Positions 53,436 through 64,000 of a stretch of DNA of 64,000 nt are shown here, piece after piece (the first letter of the stretch is position 1; every line of letters begins with the position of its first letter). The notes below the pieces were generated by a model. It saw nothing but the letters and a program-made list of their open reading frames with translations. It ran no database searches and was not told the origin of the DNA. The translations under genes were made by a program, and so were the position numbers. Source of the stretch: an uncultured Prolixibacteraceae bacterium (GTDB lineage: Bacteria > Bacteroidota > Bacteroidia > Bacteroidales > FEN-979); contig CAZSDU010000011.1 in assembly GCA_964605775.1 (NCBI GenBank), positions 1,228 through 65,227 of the forward strand. The letters run 5' to 3'.

Positions 53436-53642
53436 TTAATTTTCCTCTTCTTCACGATGTTTTGACCATAATCTTGCCAGGCGGAAACCACCGTACAGGA
53501 ATAAAAACAGGGCAAAGATGACTTTGATTTCCTTTGAAAGGTAGTCAAATCTTGAACTTAACAGGATAAATCCTCCAAGAAAAAAGTAAAGGGCGATGAC
53601 AAACCAGGCGAAATATTTTGAAAGTTTTCTCATGCGATGCAT
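53436..53642 (-). CDS. Small two-TM membrane protein
   Basis: 68 aa with two hydrophobic helices (FAWFVIALYFFLGGFILL, VIFALFLFLYGGF) and a charged C-terminus. Confidence 0.4.
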   Translation of the reverse strand: MHRMRKLSKYFAWFVIALYFFLGGFILLSSRFDYLSKEIKVIFALFLFLYGGFRLARLWSKHREEEEN

Positions 53643-53756
53643 TGTTTATGATCAGAACAAGCCAAAGCTAAGGCTAAATCTGAAGACCAGCAAATATTAT
53701 TACAACGAAAACCACAAAAGGTAAACCAAGGTTAACAACTATATTATATTCATTTG

Positions 53757-53780
53757 TACTTTTGTACATTCGTACATTTG
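53757..53780 (+). promoter_or_regulatory. Tandem 8-bp TTTGTACW repeats containing two TAnnTTTG boxes
   Basis: catTTGTACtTTTGTACAtTCGTACAtTTGg. TACTTTTG at 53757-53764 and TACATTTG at 53773-53780; the latter is 14 nt before the ATG at 53795. Confidence 0.4.
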
Positions 53781-53794
53781 GCCCTAAAACAGTC

Positions 53795-54349
53795 ATGATC
53801 GCGCTCGAAAACACGCTCATTTCCGACGATATAAAGTCAACGTTCTTCAGCTGCGACATGGAGAAGTGCAAGGGAGCATGTTGCGTGGAAGGCGATGCAG
53901 GAGCGCCCCTGGAGGAAGAAGAAATTTCCCTCCTGGATGATTATATCGACGACATCAAACCTTTCATGGGAGAGGAGGGTATACGGGAAGTGACTCATCT
54001 TGGCGTTTTTGATTACGATGCCGAGGGCAGGTATGTTACACCCCTGGTGAAGGGTAAGGAATGTGCTTATGCCTATTTTGATCAGGGTATTGCTCGCTGT
54101 GCCATTGAAAAAGCCTTCCAGGAGAAGAAAATCCCCTTCGCAAAACCCATCTCCTGCCACTTATATCCCATCAGGATAACCGCTGTGTTTGGAGGTGATG
54201 CCCTGAACTATCACCAATGGCATATATGTAAAAAAGCCCTGGAAAAAGGGTATCGGGAAAAACTCCCGCTTTATCTTTTCCTTGAAGAGGCCTTGATCAG
54301 AAGATTCGGGAGAAGTTGGGTTAACCGGCTGCTTAAGTTATTGCGTTAG
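53795..54349 (+). CDS. DUF3109 family Cys-rich protein
   Basis: MIALENTLISDDIKSTFFSCDMEKCKGACCVEGDAGAPLEEEEI, with later CAY, ARCAIE, SCHLYP and ICK. The start at 53795 is preferred over the tracked start at 53762, which lies in the promoter boxes. Confidence 0.8.
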   Translation: MIALENTLISDDIKSTFFSCDMEKCKGACCVEGDAGAPLEEEEISLLDDYIDDIKPFMGEEGIREVTHLGVFDYDAEGRYVTPLVKGKECAYAYFDQGIARCAIEKAFQEKKIPFAKPISCHLYPIRITAVFGGDALNYHQWHICKKALEKGYREKLPLYLFLEEALIRRFGRSWVNRLLKLLR

Positions 54350-54866
54350 CTCCTCCGGTCTGCGCCAGGGAAGCTCGTTTAGCTGTAGCCATGGCAGAAA
54401 ATTCTTTATCCATCATGAACAAACCATCTGTCCCGGCCAGTTTGATCTGATCAAGGATGCTGCGAACCGTACTCTCCTCTTCTATCTGTTCCGTGATGTA
54501 CCATTGCAGGTAATTGGCAGAAGTATAATCCTTTTCCAACGTACACACGGCATATAGTTCGTTGATGGAGGCAGAGATGTACTCCTCATGTTTTAAAACC
54601 TGCTGGAAAACATCCAGCAAGGATTTGAATTTTGATGCCGGAGCCTCCAGGGCTGGGATAACGGCAGCGCCTCCTCTGTCATTGAGGTAATGAACCAGTT
54701 TCAGCATATGGATGCGTTCCTCTTCGGTCTGGACATAGAGCCAGTTGGCAGCACCGGGATAACCATTGCGTTCAGCCCAGGAAGCCATAGACAGATAAAT
54801 GCGTGAAGAATGTTCTTCCCGCTTGATCTGCTCATTCATCGCTTTTTCAACATTCTTTGTAATCAT
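54333..54866 (-). CDS. ftnA: Ferritin (non-haem)
   Basis: NEQIKREEHSSRIYLSMASWAERNGYPGAANWLYVQTEEERIHMLKLVHYLNDRGG carries the ferroxidase-centre E/ExxH pattern. Its 3' end overlaps the DUF3109 3' end by 17 bp (convergent). Confidence 0.9.
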   Translation of the reverse strand: MITKNVEKAMNEQIKREEHSSRIYLSMASWAERNGYPGAANWLYVQTEEERIHMLKLVHYLNDRGGAAVIPALEAPASKFKSLLDVFQQVLKHEEYISASINELYAVCTLEKDYTSANYLQWYITEQIEEESTVRSILDQIKLAGTDGLFMMDKEFSAMATAKRASLAQTGGANAIT

Positions 54867-54920
54867 AAGGTTCTGTTTTTAAAAATCCATTCCATTGTTC
54901 TTTTTCACTGTATTGCCTTT

Positions 54921-55811
54921 TCAGCCTCTTAATGCTTCCGCTCCGCTGACAATCTCAAGGATTTCATTGGTAATAGAAGCCTGCCTGGTTTTGTTATAGG
55001 ATATGTTTAGTGCCCTCAGGATTTCCCTGGCATTTTCTGTAGCCTGGTGCATGGCAGTCATTCTGGCCCCCTGCTCAGAAGCAAAAGAATCCAGTAGGGC
55101 TTTAAAAAGCTGTATTTTCAGGGTCTTGGGAATAAGTTCTCTGACAATGGTTTCTTTGTCGGGTTCAAAGATATAATCCGCGGCCATGGCCGGAATGTGA
55201 ACTGCTTTTCCCTGGCCTACAGCTGTTACTGGGAGATATTGTTCCACGATCAAGTCCTGTACTGCAGCATTTTTAAACTGATTATAAATCAGCTCAATCC
55301 TGTCGTATTCCCTGGTTGTAAAGGCCTTCATCAGCTGCTCGGCCAGGCAGGAAACAGGAGGAAATGTCAGTTCGTAAAAAAGTTCATCATGGGAAGCGAT
55401 GACCTTGAATTTTTTTTTGCGGAAGAATTCTGTTCCCTTTTTTCCGATGGTAATCAGGCTGACGTTGTGCTTTTGGTTTTGCATCGCATAAGTAGAATCC
55501 ATGCGGTTTAGCGTCATTTTGATAAGATTGGAATTAAAACCTCCGCAAAGGCCACGATTGGAAGATAAGACCACGAGCAGTATTTTTTCAGGTGTTCTTT
55601 CTTCTGTGAACGCGTTTTCATCGGAATGTTCAATGCTGCTGCTGAGGTTTTGAAGGATTTCCCTCATTTTGGCTGCGTAAGGCCGTAATTGAAGAATGGT
55701 ATTCTGTGCTCTTCTCAGTTTTGATGCCGCTACCATTTTCATGGCATTGGTGATCTGCTGGGTTGATTTAACCGATGCGATTCTTATCCTTACTTCCTTA
55801 AGCCCGGCCAT
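54921..55811 (-). CDS. atpG: F0F1 ATP synthase subunit gamma
   Basis: MAGLKEVRIRIASVKSTQQITNAMKMVAASKLRRAQ and C-terminal RQASITNEILEIVSGAEAL. Confidence 0.95.
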   Translation of the reverse strand: MAGLKEVRIRIASVKSTQQITNAMKMVAASKLRRAQNTILQLRPYAAKMREILQNLSSSIEHSDENAFTEERTPEKILLVVLSSNRGLCGGFNSNLIKMTLNRMDSTYAMQNQKHNVSLITIGKKGTEFFRKKKFKVIASHDELFYELTFPPVSCLAEQLMKAFTTREYDRIELIYNQFKNAAVQDLIVEQYLPVTAVGQGKAVHIPAMAADYIFEPDKETIVRELIPKTLKIQLFKALLDSFASEQGARMTAMHQATENAREILRALNISYNKTRQASITNEILEIVSGAEALRG

Positions 55812-55820
55812 TGCTGATGA

Positions 55821-57410
55821 TTATTTTGATTCTTCAAATTTGCGGGATACTTCTTTTGCCAAACTTTCCATGATTTTGATGTCTTCATCCAGCAGTTTCC
55901 CTGCTTTAAGGTTATTTAATACGTCTTTGTGATCGGTTTCCATGAGGTGAAGGTATTCCGCTTCAAAATTGATAATGCTTCTGACGGGGACAGCGCGAAG
56001 GAGTCCTCGTGTTCCACAAAAAATAATAGCGATCTGGTTTTCCACTGTCATGGGAGAATATTGCGGTTGTTTGAGGATTTCCACATTGCGGACGCCTTTA
56101 TCCAACACGGCCTTGGTGGCTGCATCCAGGTCGGATCCGAATTTCGAAAAAGCTTCCAGTTCACGGAATTCTGCCTGATCCAGTTTCAGGGTCCCGGCCA
56201 CTTTTTTCATGGACTTGATCTGGGCATTTCCACCGACACGGGAAACAGAAATCCCCACGTTGATGGCGGGTCGTATTCCAGCATTAAACAAACCGGATTC
56301 AAGAAATATCTGTCCGTCCGTGATAGAGATCACATTGGTAGGGATATAGGCGGATAAATCGCCTGCCTGGGTTTCGATGATGGGCAATGCCGTGAGCGAC
56401 CCTCCTCCTTTAACCTGATCTCTGATGCTTGCGGGGAGGTCGTTCATTTTTCTTGCAATATCATCAGCGGAAATGATCCTGGCCGCTCTTTCAAGCAGGC
56501 GGGAATGCAGGTAGAAAACATCTCCGGGATAGGCTTCACGTCCTGGGGGACGGCGAAGCAAGAGGGATACTTCCCGGTAAGCAACCGCCTGTTTAGATAA
56601 ATCATCATAAATAACCAGGGCGGGGCGTCCGGTATCCCTGAAAAACTCTCCTATAGCAGCTCCGGCAAAGGGAGCATAAAACTGCATGGCTGCCGGATCG
56701 GAGGCGGTGGCCATGACCACTACGGTATAAGGCATAGCGCCTTTCTGTTCAAGGGTGTGAACAATATTGGCTACCGTACTTCCTTTTTGCCCGATGGCCA
56801 CATAAATACAATAAACCGGTTCTCCCCTCTGATAAAATTCTTTCTGATTGATGATGGTATCCACGGCAATAGCCGTTTTCCCGGTCTGGCGGTCGCCAAT
56901 GATCAACTCACGCTGACCGCGCCCGATGGGAACCATGGCATCAATAGGCTTGATACCGGTCTGTAGCGGCTGGTTCACCGGTTGACGGAAAATGACACCG
57001 GGGGCTTTTCTTTCCAACGGCATTTCAAAAAGCGCTCCTTCAATTTTACCTTTCCCGTCTATGGGCTCACCCAGGGTATTAATAACCCGGCCTAAAAGTC
57101 CTTCCCCTACTTCGATGGAAGCAATCCGCCGGGTTCTTTTAACCACATCTCCTTCCTTGATTTCATATGATTCGCCCAATAAAACTGCTCCCACATTATC
57201 TTCTTCAAGATTGAGCACAATGGCCTTTAACCCATTTTTTTCAAATTCGATCAATTCTCCGGATTCGGCATTGGTAAGCCCATAAATATGAGCAATGCCA
57301 TCCCCGACCTGGAGTACAGAGCCAATTTCTTCCAGTTCTTTCAGGTTGTGATAACCAGCCAGTTCTTTCCTTAAAATCGCGGTAACCTCAGCGGGTTTGA
57401 TTTCTGCCAT
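55821..57410 (-). CDS. atpA: F0F1 ATP synthase subunit alpha
   Basis: P-loop [18 protein letters not shown], and the [10 protein letters not shown] motif. Confidence 0.97.
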   Translation of the reverse strand: MAEIKPAEVTAILRKELAGYHNLKELEEIGSVLQVGDGIAHIYGLTNAESGELIEFEKNGLKAIVLNLEEDNVGAVLLGESYEIKEGDVVKRTRRIASIEVGEGLLGRVINTLGEPIDGKGKIEGALFEMPLERKAPGVIFRQPVNQPLQTGIKPIDAMVPIGRGQRELIIGDRQTGKTAIAVDTIINQKEFYQRGEPVYCIYVAIGQKGSTVANIVHTLEQKGAMPYTVVVMATASDPAAMQFYAPFAGAAIGEFFRDTGRPALVIYDDLSKQAVAYREVSLLLRRPPGREAYPGDVFYLHSRLLERAARIISADDIARKMNDLPASIRDQVKGGGSLTALPIIETQAGDLSAYIPTNVISITDGQIFLESGLFNAGIRPAINVGISVSRVGGNAQIKSMKKVAGTLKLDQAEFRELEAFSKFGSDLDAATKAVLDKGVRNVEILKQPQYSPMTVENQIAIIFCGTRGLLRAVPVRSIINFEAEYLHLMETDHKDVLNNLKAGKLLDEDIKIMESLAKEVSRKFEESK

Positions 57411-57412
57411 AA

Positions 57413-57973
57413 TTAAAAACCTTTAACGTATAAATTCACTTTTGCCACGCCTCTCTTCAGCTGCTCAATCTGTTTCCTGATGCTTACGTCGTATTGCAGG
57501 TCTTTCCAGCTCAACACAAAACCGCCGACAAGAGAGTGGTCGATTTCTTCCACCAGGTCAATGTTTGCCTTAGTAAACTGAGTCATCAGTTCCAGAACAT
57601 TTTTCCGGATCACGGAATCAGGTGACACCGGCGCTTTAAAATGAACGGTAAGGATATTTTTGTACTCCTTATAAATTTCAACCACCTGTGTGCTAATTTC
57701 CGGAATGTATTTTTCCCTGTTCTTGCGAACCATGACCAACATAAAAGTCAGCATGGTTGGCCCGATTTTTTTCTCAAAAAGTTCTTTTAAAACTTTTATT
57801 TTCAAATCCTTATGAATAACCGGCGCGTGAAAAAAAGTCCTGAGATCCCTGCTTTGACGGGATATTTCCGAAACCGTCAATGCATCTTGATACATTTCTT
57901 CTGCCAAATCTTTCTCCACTGCTAATTCAAACAATGCATTGGCATATCTTCCGGCAACCAGGGAACCCCTCAT
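57413..57973 (-). CDS. atpH: F0F1 ATP synthase subunit delta (OSCP)
   Basis: [14 protein letters not shown]-terminus, 186 aa, positioned between atpF and atpA. Confidence 0.85.
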   Translation of the reverse strand: MRGSLVAGRYANALFELAVEKDLAEEMYQDALTVSEISRQSRDLRTFFHAPVIHKDLKIKVLKELFEKKIGPTMLTFMLVMVRKNREKYIPEISTQVVEIYKEYKNILTVHFKAPVSPDSVIRKNVLELMTQFTKANIDLVEEIDHSLVGGFVLSWKDLQYDVSIRKQIEQLKRGVAKVNLYVKGF

Positions 57974-57978
57974 GTGTA

Positions 57979-58473
57979 TTAATTGAATTTAACTTCTTTT
58001 AACAATGCCTGAATGTATTCTTCCTGTTTACGGGGATCAGAAAGTTCACGCTGCAAGAGTTTTTTAGCCACTTCGAGAGACAGATCGGCGACCTGATTTT
58101 TCAAATCGGTCATGGCGGCCATTTTTTCATTGTTGATGGTGACCTTTGCCGCATCAACAATGCGCCCGGCTTCTTCAGAAGCTTTCTGGCGGGCATCTTC
58201 AATGATTTTATCCTTTATCTTTCTTGCTTCATTGAGGATGGCATCCCGGTCATTCTTGGCTTCTTTCAGCAGTCCCTCATTGCTGAACTGAAGATGTTTC
58301 ATTTCTTCTCTTGCCTTATCAGCTTCATGAAGCGCTTCCCGAATGGAATTTTCTCTCTCTTTCAACGCTTTCATGATTGGTTTCCAGGCAAATTTTCCAA
58401 GAATATACAATAGCAACAGAAAGACCAGGGTCATCCAGAAAATCAATCCTAAACCGGGAGTAATCAGTTCCAT
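57979..58473 (-). CDS. atpF: F0F1 ATP synthase subunit b
   Basis: A single N-terminal TM helix followed by a long charged helix (KPIMKALKERENSIREALHEADKAREE). Confidence 0.9.
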   Translation of the reverse strand: MELITPGLGLIFWMTLVFLLLLYILGKFAWKPIMKALKERENSIREALHEADKAREEMKHLQFSNEGLLKEAKNDRDAILNEARKIKDKIIEDARQKASEEAGRIVDAAKVTINNEKMAAMTDLKNQVADLSLEVAKKLLQRELSDPRKQEEYIQALLKEVKFN

Positions 58474-58476
58474 AGG

Positions 58477-58743
<267 letters not shown>

Positions 58744-58804
58744 TCATTTTAAAAGTTACTACTAAAATTGATTCTTCATTTCTAACGCCTAATTCTGAAT
58801 TGAT

Positions 58805-59956
58805 TTAATGGTGTTCTGGTTCCATTGTTGCCAGTCCGAAATACAAAGCAGACAATAACGTAAACACATAGGCCTGTATAAAAGCTACCAGCAACTCCAG
58901 CAGATTCATGAACACCATAAAAGCTACTGAAACAACAGAAACTCCCAAACCCAATGCTGCACTGATCGCTCCAAAAATAAAAATAAGACTCACAAAGCCC
59001 AGCACAATGATATGCCCGGCAGTGATATTGGCAAAGAGTCGGACCATCAGCACAAAGGGTTTGGTGATAATTCCGACAATTTCCACTACGGGCATCAGGG
59101 GGATAGGAAATTTCAGCCACCAGGGTACCCCGGGCGTATTCATGATATCGATCCAGTAATGCTTATTCCCGTTAATGGTGGTCAGGATAAAGGTAAATGC
59201 CGCCAGCACCAGCGTAACAGAAATATTACCCGTAACGTTGGCTCCTCCGGGGAAAAGCGGAACAAGTCCCAACAAATTATTGAAAAAAATGAAGAAAAAA
59301 ACCGTTAAAAGAAACGGCATGAACGGTTCATATTTTTTTTCGCCAATAGAACTTTTTGCAATATCATCCCGGATAAACAGGATCAAAGGCTCCAGCAGAG
59401 ATTGCAGTCCACTTGGGGCTTCGTTGACATTTCGTCTGTAGCTCCTTGTCACGATCAGAAAAATCCAGATCATCAGCAAAGCAGCTACCATGATGCCCAA
59501 TACCGTTTTGGTGATGGAAAAATCATACACTTCAGCCCCTGCCTGCGCCATAGGTTCATTGTCATCCCTGACAATTTTTCCTTTACGCGGACCTTCCTGC
59601 TCCAACCTGAACCCGTTATATGAATGGGTTTCATTATGAAATCTGGAGGAAGAAAAACAAAACAGACGGCCTTTATGGTAAAGAATGACCGGAAGGGGCA
59701 CAGTCAGATGAAAATCACCAACATTGAGAATATGCCATTCATGGTTATCCACAACATGTTCCATGATCATTTCACCCGCATTGAACTTTTTATCGGCAGT
59801 CACCCCCTGATGGGCGGAAGAGCTAACTGTATCTCCGGCCAGCAATGAAACCGGGAAAAAGAAAACCAGTGTCAGAAACAAAAGCCCTATGAAGGCGCGA
59901 AAACCGTGTCTTTGCTTTACAAACATCAATTCCTTGTCCGGAAAATCGGACTGCAA
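58805..59956 (-). CDS. atpB: F0F1 ATP synthase subunit a with a long N-terminal extension
   Basis: C-terminal core LMVRLFANITAGHI (essential Arg) and LLELLVAFIQAYVFT. The extra ~130 N-terminal aa are typical of Bacteroidota. The start is ambiguous (59956 or MFVKQ at 59926). Confidence 0.9.
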   Translation of the reverse strand: MQSDFPDKELMFVKQRHGFRAFIGLLFLTLVFFFPVSLLAGDTVSSSAHQGVTADKKFNAGEMIMEHVVDNHEWHILNVGDFHLTVPLPVILYHKGRLFCFSSSRFHNETHSYNGFRLEQEGPRKGKIVRDDNEPMAQAGAEVYDFSITKTVLGIMVAALLMIWIFLIVTRSYRRNVNEAPSGLQSLLEPLILFIRDDIAKSSIGEKKYEPFMPFLLTVFFFIFFNNLLGLVPLFPGGANVTGNISVTLVLAAFTFILTTINGNKHYWIDIMNTPGVPWWLKFPIPLMPVVEIVGIITKPFVLMVRLFANITAGHIIVLGFVSLIFIFGAISAALGLGVSVVSVAFMVFMNLLELLVAFIQAYVFTLLSALYFGLATMEPEHH

Positions 59957-59987
59957 TGTTACAAAAAATAAACGTAAACGGGAAATG

Positions 59988-60359
59988 CTATTTCCCTGCT
60001 TTCTTAGCCGGAGTGTTCACATACAAGACCACGTATTGGTCAATCCCGGCAAAAGCCCTGACAGCACCCCAGTCCTGCCAGCTATAGGTATCATAATAGT
60101 AAATTCCGGGATTAATTTCCCCGAAGAATGCCCTTCCGTTGAAATCGGTCCAGGCAGTGGCAAAATAAATTCCCTGCTGCAGATTGCTATAGCTGGTTGC
60201 AAGATAAACCTTTTCGTTCACCATGGGGAAACCGGAGAAGAAATCCAGGACATAAACGGAAATCGTACCCGTAGTGGCTTCCGTTTTCTTACACCCGGGA
60301 GAAAAAACAATCCCGCTGAGGAGCAGAAGGGTAAAAAGCAGTAAGAATCTTTTTTTCAT
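59988..60359 (-). CDS. Small lipoprotein with a CarboxypepD_reg/Ig-like fold pattern
   Basis: Lipobox FSPGCKK, then GTISVYVLD...G.P.....VYL........T..NGRAFFGEINPGIYYY. Sits directly upstream of atpB. Confidence 0.55.
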   Translation of the reverse strand: MKKRFLLLFTLLLLSGIVFSPGCKKTEATTGTISVYVLDFFSGFPMVNEKVYLATSYSNLQQGIYFATAWTDFNGRAFFGEINPGIYYYDTYSWQDWGAVRAFAGIDQYVVLYVNTPAKKAGK

Positions 60360-60525
60360 GACTTGATAATTTAGGGGTTGATATCATGCAAATATACATT
60401 TTTTCTTCCCGATTGTAACCTGTCTGTAAATTCAACGTCTTAATGCCCTGATGAACCGGAAATTCATTAATTTTGAACACTATTAAACAGTTTCTTTGAA
60501 AGTTCTTTATTTAATACTTTTTCCT

Positions 60526-61974
60526 ATGCCTGAAAAATTTTTCCGGAACCCATTCCTACTGGTGTTCCTGTTTGTCCATGTCTTTTTCTCCGTCACCGCA
60601 ACAGCTCAGAAAATCTGGACCTTAGAAGATTGCATCAATTATGCCCTGGAAAACAATCTCGATATAAAAAAGCAGCTTCTTTACGTGGAATCGAACAAGA
60701 AAACCTTGCTACAGAGCGGACTGGATATGCTTCCCAATGTCAATGCCAACGGAACCAATGTGTGGAATTTCGGCCAGACGATTGATCAGTACACCAACAA
60801 TTTTGCCACCAATACTGTTCGTTCCAATAATTTCTACCTGCAAAGCAATGTCGTTTTGTTCAATGGTCTTCAGAAACTCAACACCCTAAAGCAAAACCGT
60901 ATCAATGTCCTGGCCAGTCAGTACGATCTTGATGTGCTTAAAAACAGTATTTCCCTTTCAGTGGCAGGATTTTACCTCGACATCCTCTTTAATTCCGAAT
61001 TGCTCGATGTGGCCAAGGAGCAACTCAGGATCACCCTGTCCCAAGTGGACCGCATCGGGAAACTGGTGGAGGCAGGCTCTTCTGCCCGGGGTGATTTACT
61101 CAATATACAGGCTCAGCGAGCGGCAGAAGAACTGGCATCCATTGAAGCTGAAAACCGTTTAAGTATTTCCAACCTTTCCCTACAGCAGTTAATTGATCTG
61201 CCTGTCACCCGTGATTTCCGCATTGATAAACCCGGTCTTCGAGCAGTGGAGACTCCAAAAGACCTGATTTCACCTGAGATCATTTATGAAAAGTCGCTCA
61301 AGGCCAGACCTGAGATACAAAGCGCTGAACTCCGGGTTCAGAGTGCACAGAAAAGTCTGGCCATTGCCAGGGGAATTCTATATCCTTCCCTTACTTTTTC
61401 AGGCTCCTGGGGGACTGGATATTCAGGGGCAGCCAAGGAAATTGATCCCAATGTTGCCCCGGTAGTGACGATGCAGAAATTCGGGATCACTCAATTATCA
61501 AGGGATACGGTTTTTGCATATAGTGCACAGTACGCGATGAGAACGACTTCTTTCAGTGATCAATTGCATCAAAATGAAAATCAATCCCTGGGGTTTTACC
61601 TCAGAATTCCTATCTTCAATGGTTGGCAGGGAAGGAATGCCATCAGTCAGGCTAAAATATTACGTACCCAGGCCGAAATAGATCTGGATATCGAAAAAAG
61701 GGATTTGAGGAAACTCATTGAGCAGGCTTATGCAGATGCCGTAGCTTCCCTGAAAAAGTATAATTCTTCCGTGGAAAAAGTCAGCGCTCAGGAAGAGTCA
61801 TTCAAATATACCCAGCAGAAATTTGATGTAGGACTGATGACATCCTTCGATTACAACAACAGTAAAAAGGATCTCACCAAAGCCCAATCTGAACTGTTAC
61901 AGGCAAAATATGATTTTATCTTTAAAACCACCATACTCGAATTTTACATGGGAAACCCCATTAGCATTGATTAA
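60526..61974 (+). CDS. TolC-family outer membrane efflux protein
   Basis: WTLEDCINYALENNLDIK and the two-repeat helical architecture. TAATTTTG box at 60468-60475. The start is the ATG at 60526 or the tracked TTG at 60496. Confidence 0.85.
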   Translation: MPEKFFRNPFLLVFLFVHVFFSVTATAQKIWTLEDCINYALENNLDIKKQLLYVESNKKTLLQSGLDMLPNVNANGTNVWNFGQTIDQYTNNFATNTVRSNNFYLQSNVVLFNGLQKLNTLKQNRINVLASQYDLDVLKNSISLSVAGFYLDILFNSELLDVAKEQLRITLSQVDRIGKLVEAGSSARGDLLNIQAQRAAEELASIEAENRLSISNLSLQQLIDLPVTRDFRIDKPGLRAVETPKDLISPEIIYEKSLKARPEIQSAELRVQSAQKSLAIARGILYPSLTFSGSWGTGYSGAAKEIDPNVAPVVTMQKFGITQLSRDTVFAYSAQYAMRTTSFSDQLHQNENQSLGFYLRIPIFNGWQGRNAISQAKILRTQAEIDLDIEKRDLRKLIEQAYADAVASLKKYNSSVEKVSAQEESFKYTQQKFDVGLMTSFDYNNSKKDLTKAQSELLQAKYDFIFKTTILEFYMGNPISID

Positions 61975-62010
61975 TGTTTATTTTTTCTTCAATCATTTAT
62001 CTTTTACTCC

Positions 62011-63390
62011 ATGCGTGTTAAAAAATCAAGAAAAAAACTGTGGATCATCATTGCGGCCGTCGTTGGCCTTGTCCTGATCGTGATTTTCGCTGTCATCAAA
62101 GGGAAAAATAACGATGGGATCAAAGTATCCACTGAAAAAGTGACCAAACGGACGATTATTCAAACGGTTTCTGCCAATGGTAAAATTCAACCGGAAAAAG
62201 ACATCAAAATCAGTCCTTATATTTCCGGAGAAGTTGTTGAGCTGAAAGTCAAAGAAGGAGACCAGGTAAAGGCCGGAGACCTTCTGGCTAAAATCGATCC
62301 GGAAATTTATGTTTCCCAGTATGATCAAAGCGAAGCAGCCGTCAATACCCAGAAGGCCAATGCAGCCAATTCACGAGCACGGCTGATGCAAACCAAAGCC
62401 CAATTCGAAAATACCCGCCTGACTTTCGAGCGACAGGAAAAATTGTACCAGCAAAATGTCATTTCCAAGGCAGAATACGACCAGGCAAAAGCGGCCTATC
62501 AGGTTTCCAGGGCTCAGGTGGATGCCGGGGAAGAAGACATCAAAGCCGCTGAGTTTATGATTAAAAGTTCAGAAGCCGCACTGAAGAAAGCAAAGGAAGA
62601 TTTAACCAAAACCGCTATCTATGCTCCCAACGAGGGAACGGTTTCTAAACTTAGCGTGGAAAAAGGGGAAAGAGTAACTGGAGCTTCCCAGTTTTCGAGC
62701 GGTACCGAAATCATGCGTATCGCCAACCTGAATGAAATGGAAGCCCAGGTGGAAGTGAATGAAAACGACATTGTCAGGGTGAGCCTTGGCGATACTGCAC
62801 TCATCGAGGTAGATGCTTACCTTAACAGGAAATTTAAAGGAATTGTAACGGAAATTGCCACTTCTGCCAATACCACCGGAGTAAGCGTTGATCAGGTGAC
62901 CAATTTTAAAGTTAAAATCCATATGGTGAAAAACTCCTATAAGGATTTACTGGACCCTTTACGTCCTGATTTTTCCCCATTCCGGCCAGGGATGTCATGT
63001 ACCGTAGAAATTCAGACTGAAACTGCGGTGAACATCTTAACCGTACCCATTCAGGCAGTGACCACTCGTATTGCTAAAGACACCCTGGATAAAATCAACC
63101 AGAAAAATAAATCACAAAAAACTGAAGGTGATAATCAGGTCGAGTTCGTTTCCGGGAAAAAGAAAAGTGAAGAAATCCAGGAATGTGTTTTCCTCTTTGA
63201 CCATGATATAGCAAAAAAGAAGGATGTGAAAACCGGCATACAGGATAATACATATATCCAGATCCTTTCAGGGTTAAAAGAAGGGGATGAAATCATTATA
63301 TCGCCCTATACCGCTGTTTCAAAAACCCTGAATGACGGAAATAAAGTAAAAAAAGTTGACAAGAAAGATCTGTTTACAAAGGAGAAATGA
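62011..63390 (+). CDS. Efflux transporter periplasmic adaptor (HlyD/MacA-type membrane fusion protein)
   Basis: N-terminal TM anchor, lipoyl-like GEVVELKVKEGDQVKAGDLLAKIDP, a long coiled-coil hairpin, then beta-barrel I.AP..G.V......GE.V. Confidence 0.85.
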   Translation: MRVKKSRKKLWIIIAAVVGLVLIVIFAVIKGKNNDGIKVSTEKVTKRTIIQTVSANGKIQPEKDIKISPYISGEVVELKVKEGDQVKAGDLLAKIDPEIYVSQYDQSEAAVNTQKANAANSRARLMQTKAQFENTRLTFERQEKLYQQNVISKAEYDQAKAAYQVSRAQVDAGEEDIKAAEFMIKSSEAALKKAKEDLTKTAIYAPNEGTVSKLSVEKGERVTGASQFSSGTEIMRIANLNEMEAQVEVNENDIVRVSLGDTALIEVDAYLNRKFKGIVTEIATSANTTGVSVDQVTNFKVKIHMVKNSYKDLLDPLRPDFSPFRPGMSCTVEIQTETAVNILTVPIQAVTTRIAKDTLDKINQKNKSQKTEGDNQVEFVSGKKKSEEIQECVFLFDHDIAKKKDVKTGIQDNTYIQILSGLKEGDEIIISPYTAVSKTLNDGNKVKKVDKKDLFTKEK

Positions 63391-64000
63391 TCTTAGCCTT
63401 TGATACCGCTTCCAATGTATGCTCAGTCGTTTTATCCGATAAGGGAAATTTGATTTCCCATAGGGAAACTACCGTAAAAAATGATCATGCGGCCAGGCTC
63501 AGCCTGTTTATCCATGAAGTGATTTCCTCTGCGGGAATTTCCTTCTCAGCTCTTGACGCCATTGCGGTCAGCGCCGGGCCGGGCTCCTATACCGGGTTAA
63601 GGATAGGGGTGGCTACCGCAAAAGGGTTATGCTATGCCATAGACAAACCCCTGATCGCCATCCCAACCCTGAAAGCCATGGCGCTGGGAATGGCTACCTC
63701 AATCCCCTCCCCTTTAGGGCAGGAGGCTCCCTTATATTGGTATTGTCCTATGCTCGATGCCCGGAGAATGGAAGTCTTCTGCGGACTTTATGATGCCCGG
63801 GGAAATGAAATCAGGGCGGTGATGGCAGAAATTATGGATTCCTCTTCTTTTCAGGAGGAGATGAAAGATCATCGCATCGTTTTCGGCGGAGAAGGAGCAA
63901 AAAAATGTCAACCTTTCCTGGGACAAAATAAAAATTCAATTTTTCTCGATAACTTTACCATTTCGGCAAAATATCTGATTCCATGGGCTGAAAAAAAACT
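63387..64000 (+). CDS. tsaB: tRNA threonylcarbamoyladenosine biosynthesis protein TsaB (partial; runs off the window)
   Basis: Not in the ORF track because there is no stop inside the window. Hand translation gives MILAFDTASNVCSVVLSDKG...IAVSAGPGSYTGLRIGVATAKGLCYAIDKPLIAIPTL. Its ATG overlaps the adaptor gene stop (ATGA). Confidence 0.8.
   Translation, partial: MILAFDTASNVCSVVLSDKGNLISHRETTVKNDHAARLSLFIHEVISSAGISFSALDAIAVSAGPGSYTGLRIGVATAKGLCYAIDKPLIAIPTLKAMALGMATSIPSPLGQEAPLYWYCPMLDARRMEVFCGLYDARGNEIRAVMAEIMDSSSFQEEMKDHRIVFGGEGAKKCQPFLGQNKNSIFLDNFTISAKYLIPWAEKK

Overview
This 64-kb window looks like a chromosomal segment of a Bacteroidota genome, probably an anaerobic Bacteroidia-like organism. 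The phylum call rests on several signals. There are T9SS type-A and type-B C-terminal sorting domains and a PorP/SprF gene. The TonB-dependent receptors carry CarboxypepD_reg N-terminal domains. BACON, DUF1573 and FISUMP domains are present. TAnnTTTG -7 promoter boxes sit in front of many genes. The F-ATPase operon is split (atpBEFHAG without atpDC).

Most of the window is housekeeping or ordinary envelope functions:
- prs-rplY-pth, glyQS and tRNA-Leu(CAA)
- cstA and a DAACS symporter
- ferritin and the atp operon
- a PstS-TPR-ExbB-ExbD-ExbD-TonB cluster
- two TonB-dependent receptor loci
- an OmpR-type two-component system and a hybrid sensor kinase
- a TetR-controlled ABC-2 exporter
- TolC plus a membrane-fusion protein, and tsaB (partial at the window end)

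The least ordinary part is the left end (433-8340). It is a tightly coupled five-gene operon: an ice-binding-like (DUF3494) beta-helix/PKD protein, a PKD/Ig-repeat protein with three near-identical 249-bp tandem repeats, a large T9SS type-B-CTD adhesin, PorP/SprF, and a TPR/PD40/OmpA protein. The first two proteins have signal peptides but no recognisable T9SS CTD. Both instead end in the same short tail, P-x-T-S-x-I-W-H-[F/N]-stop. The operon abuts the 3' side of tRNA-Leu and a degraded transposase-like fragment.

Other items worth a second look:
- an orphan cobalamin-riboswitch-like element that follows a TonB-dependent receptor and has no gene downstream
- a long hairpin leader before rplY
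- four helically phased TTTACA repeats next to the two-component operon
- twin palindromic TetR operators
- a PurF-like protein that lacks the N-terminal Cys nucleophile
- a large transglutaminase-like orphan protein

No CRISPR array, rRNA gene, intact mobile element or recognisable defence system was seen.
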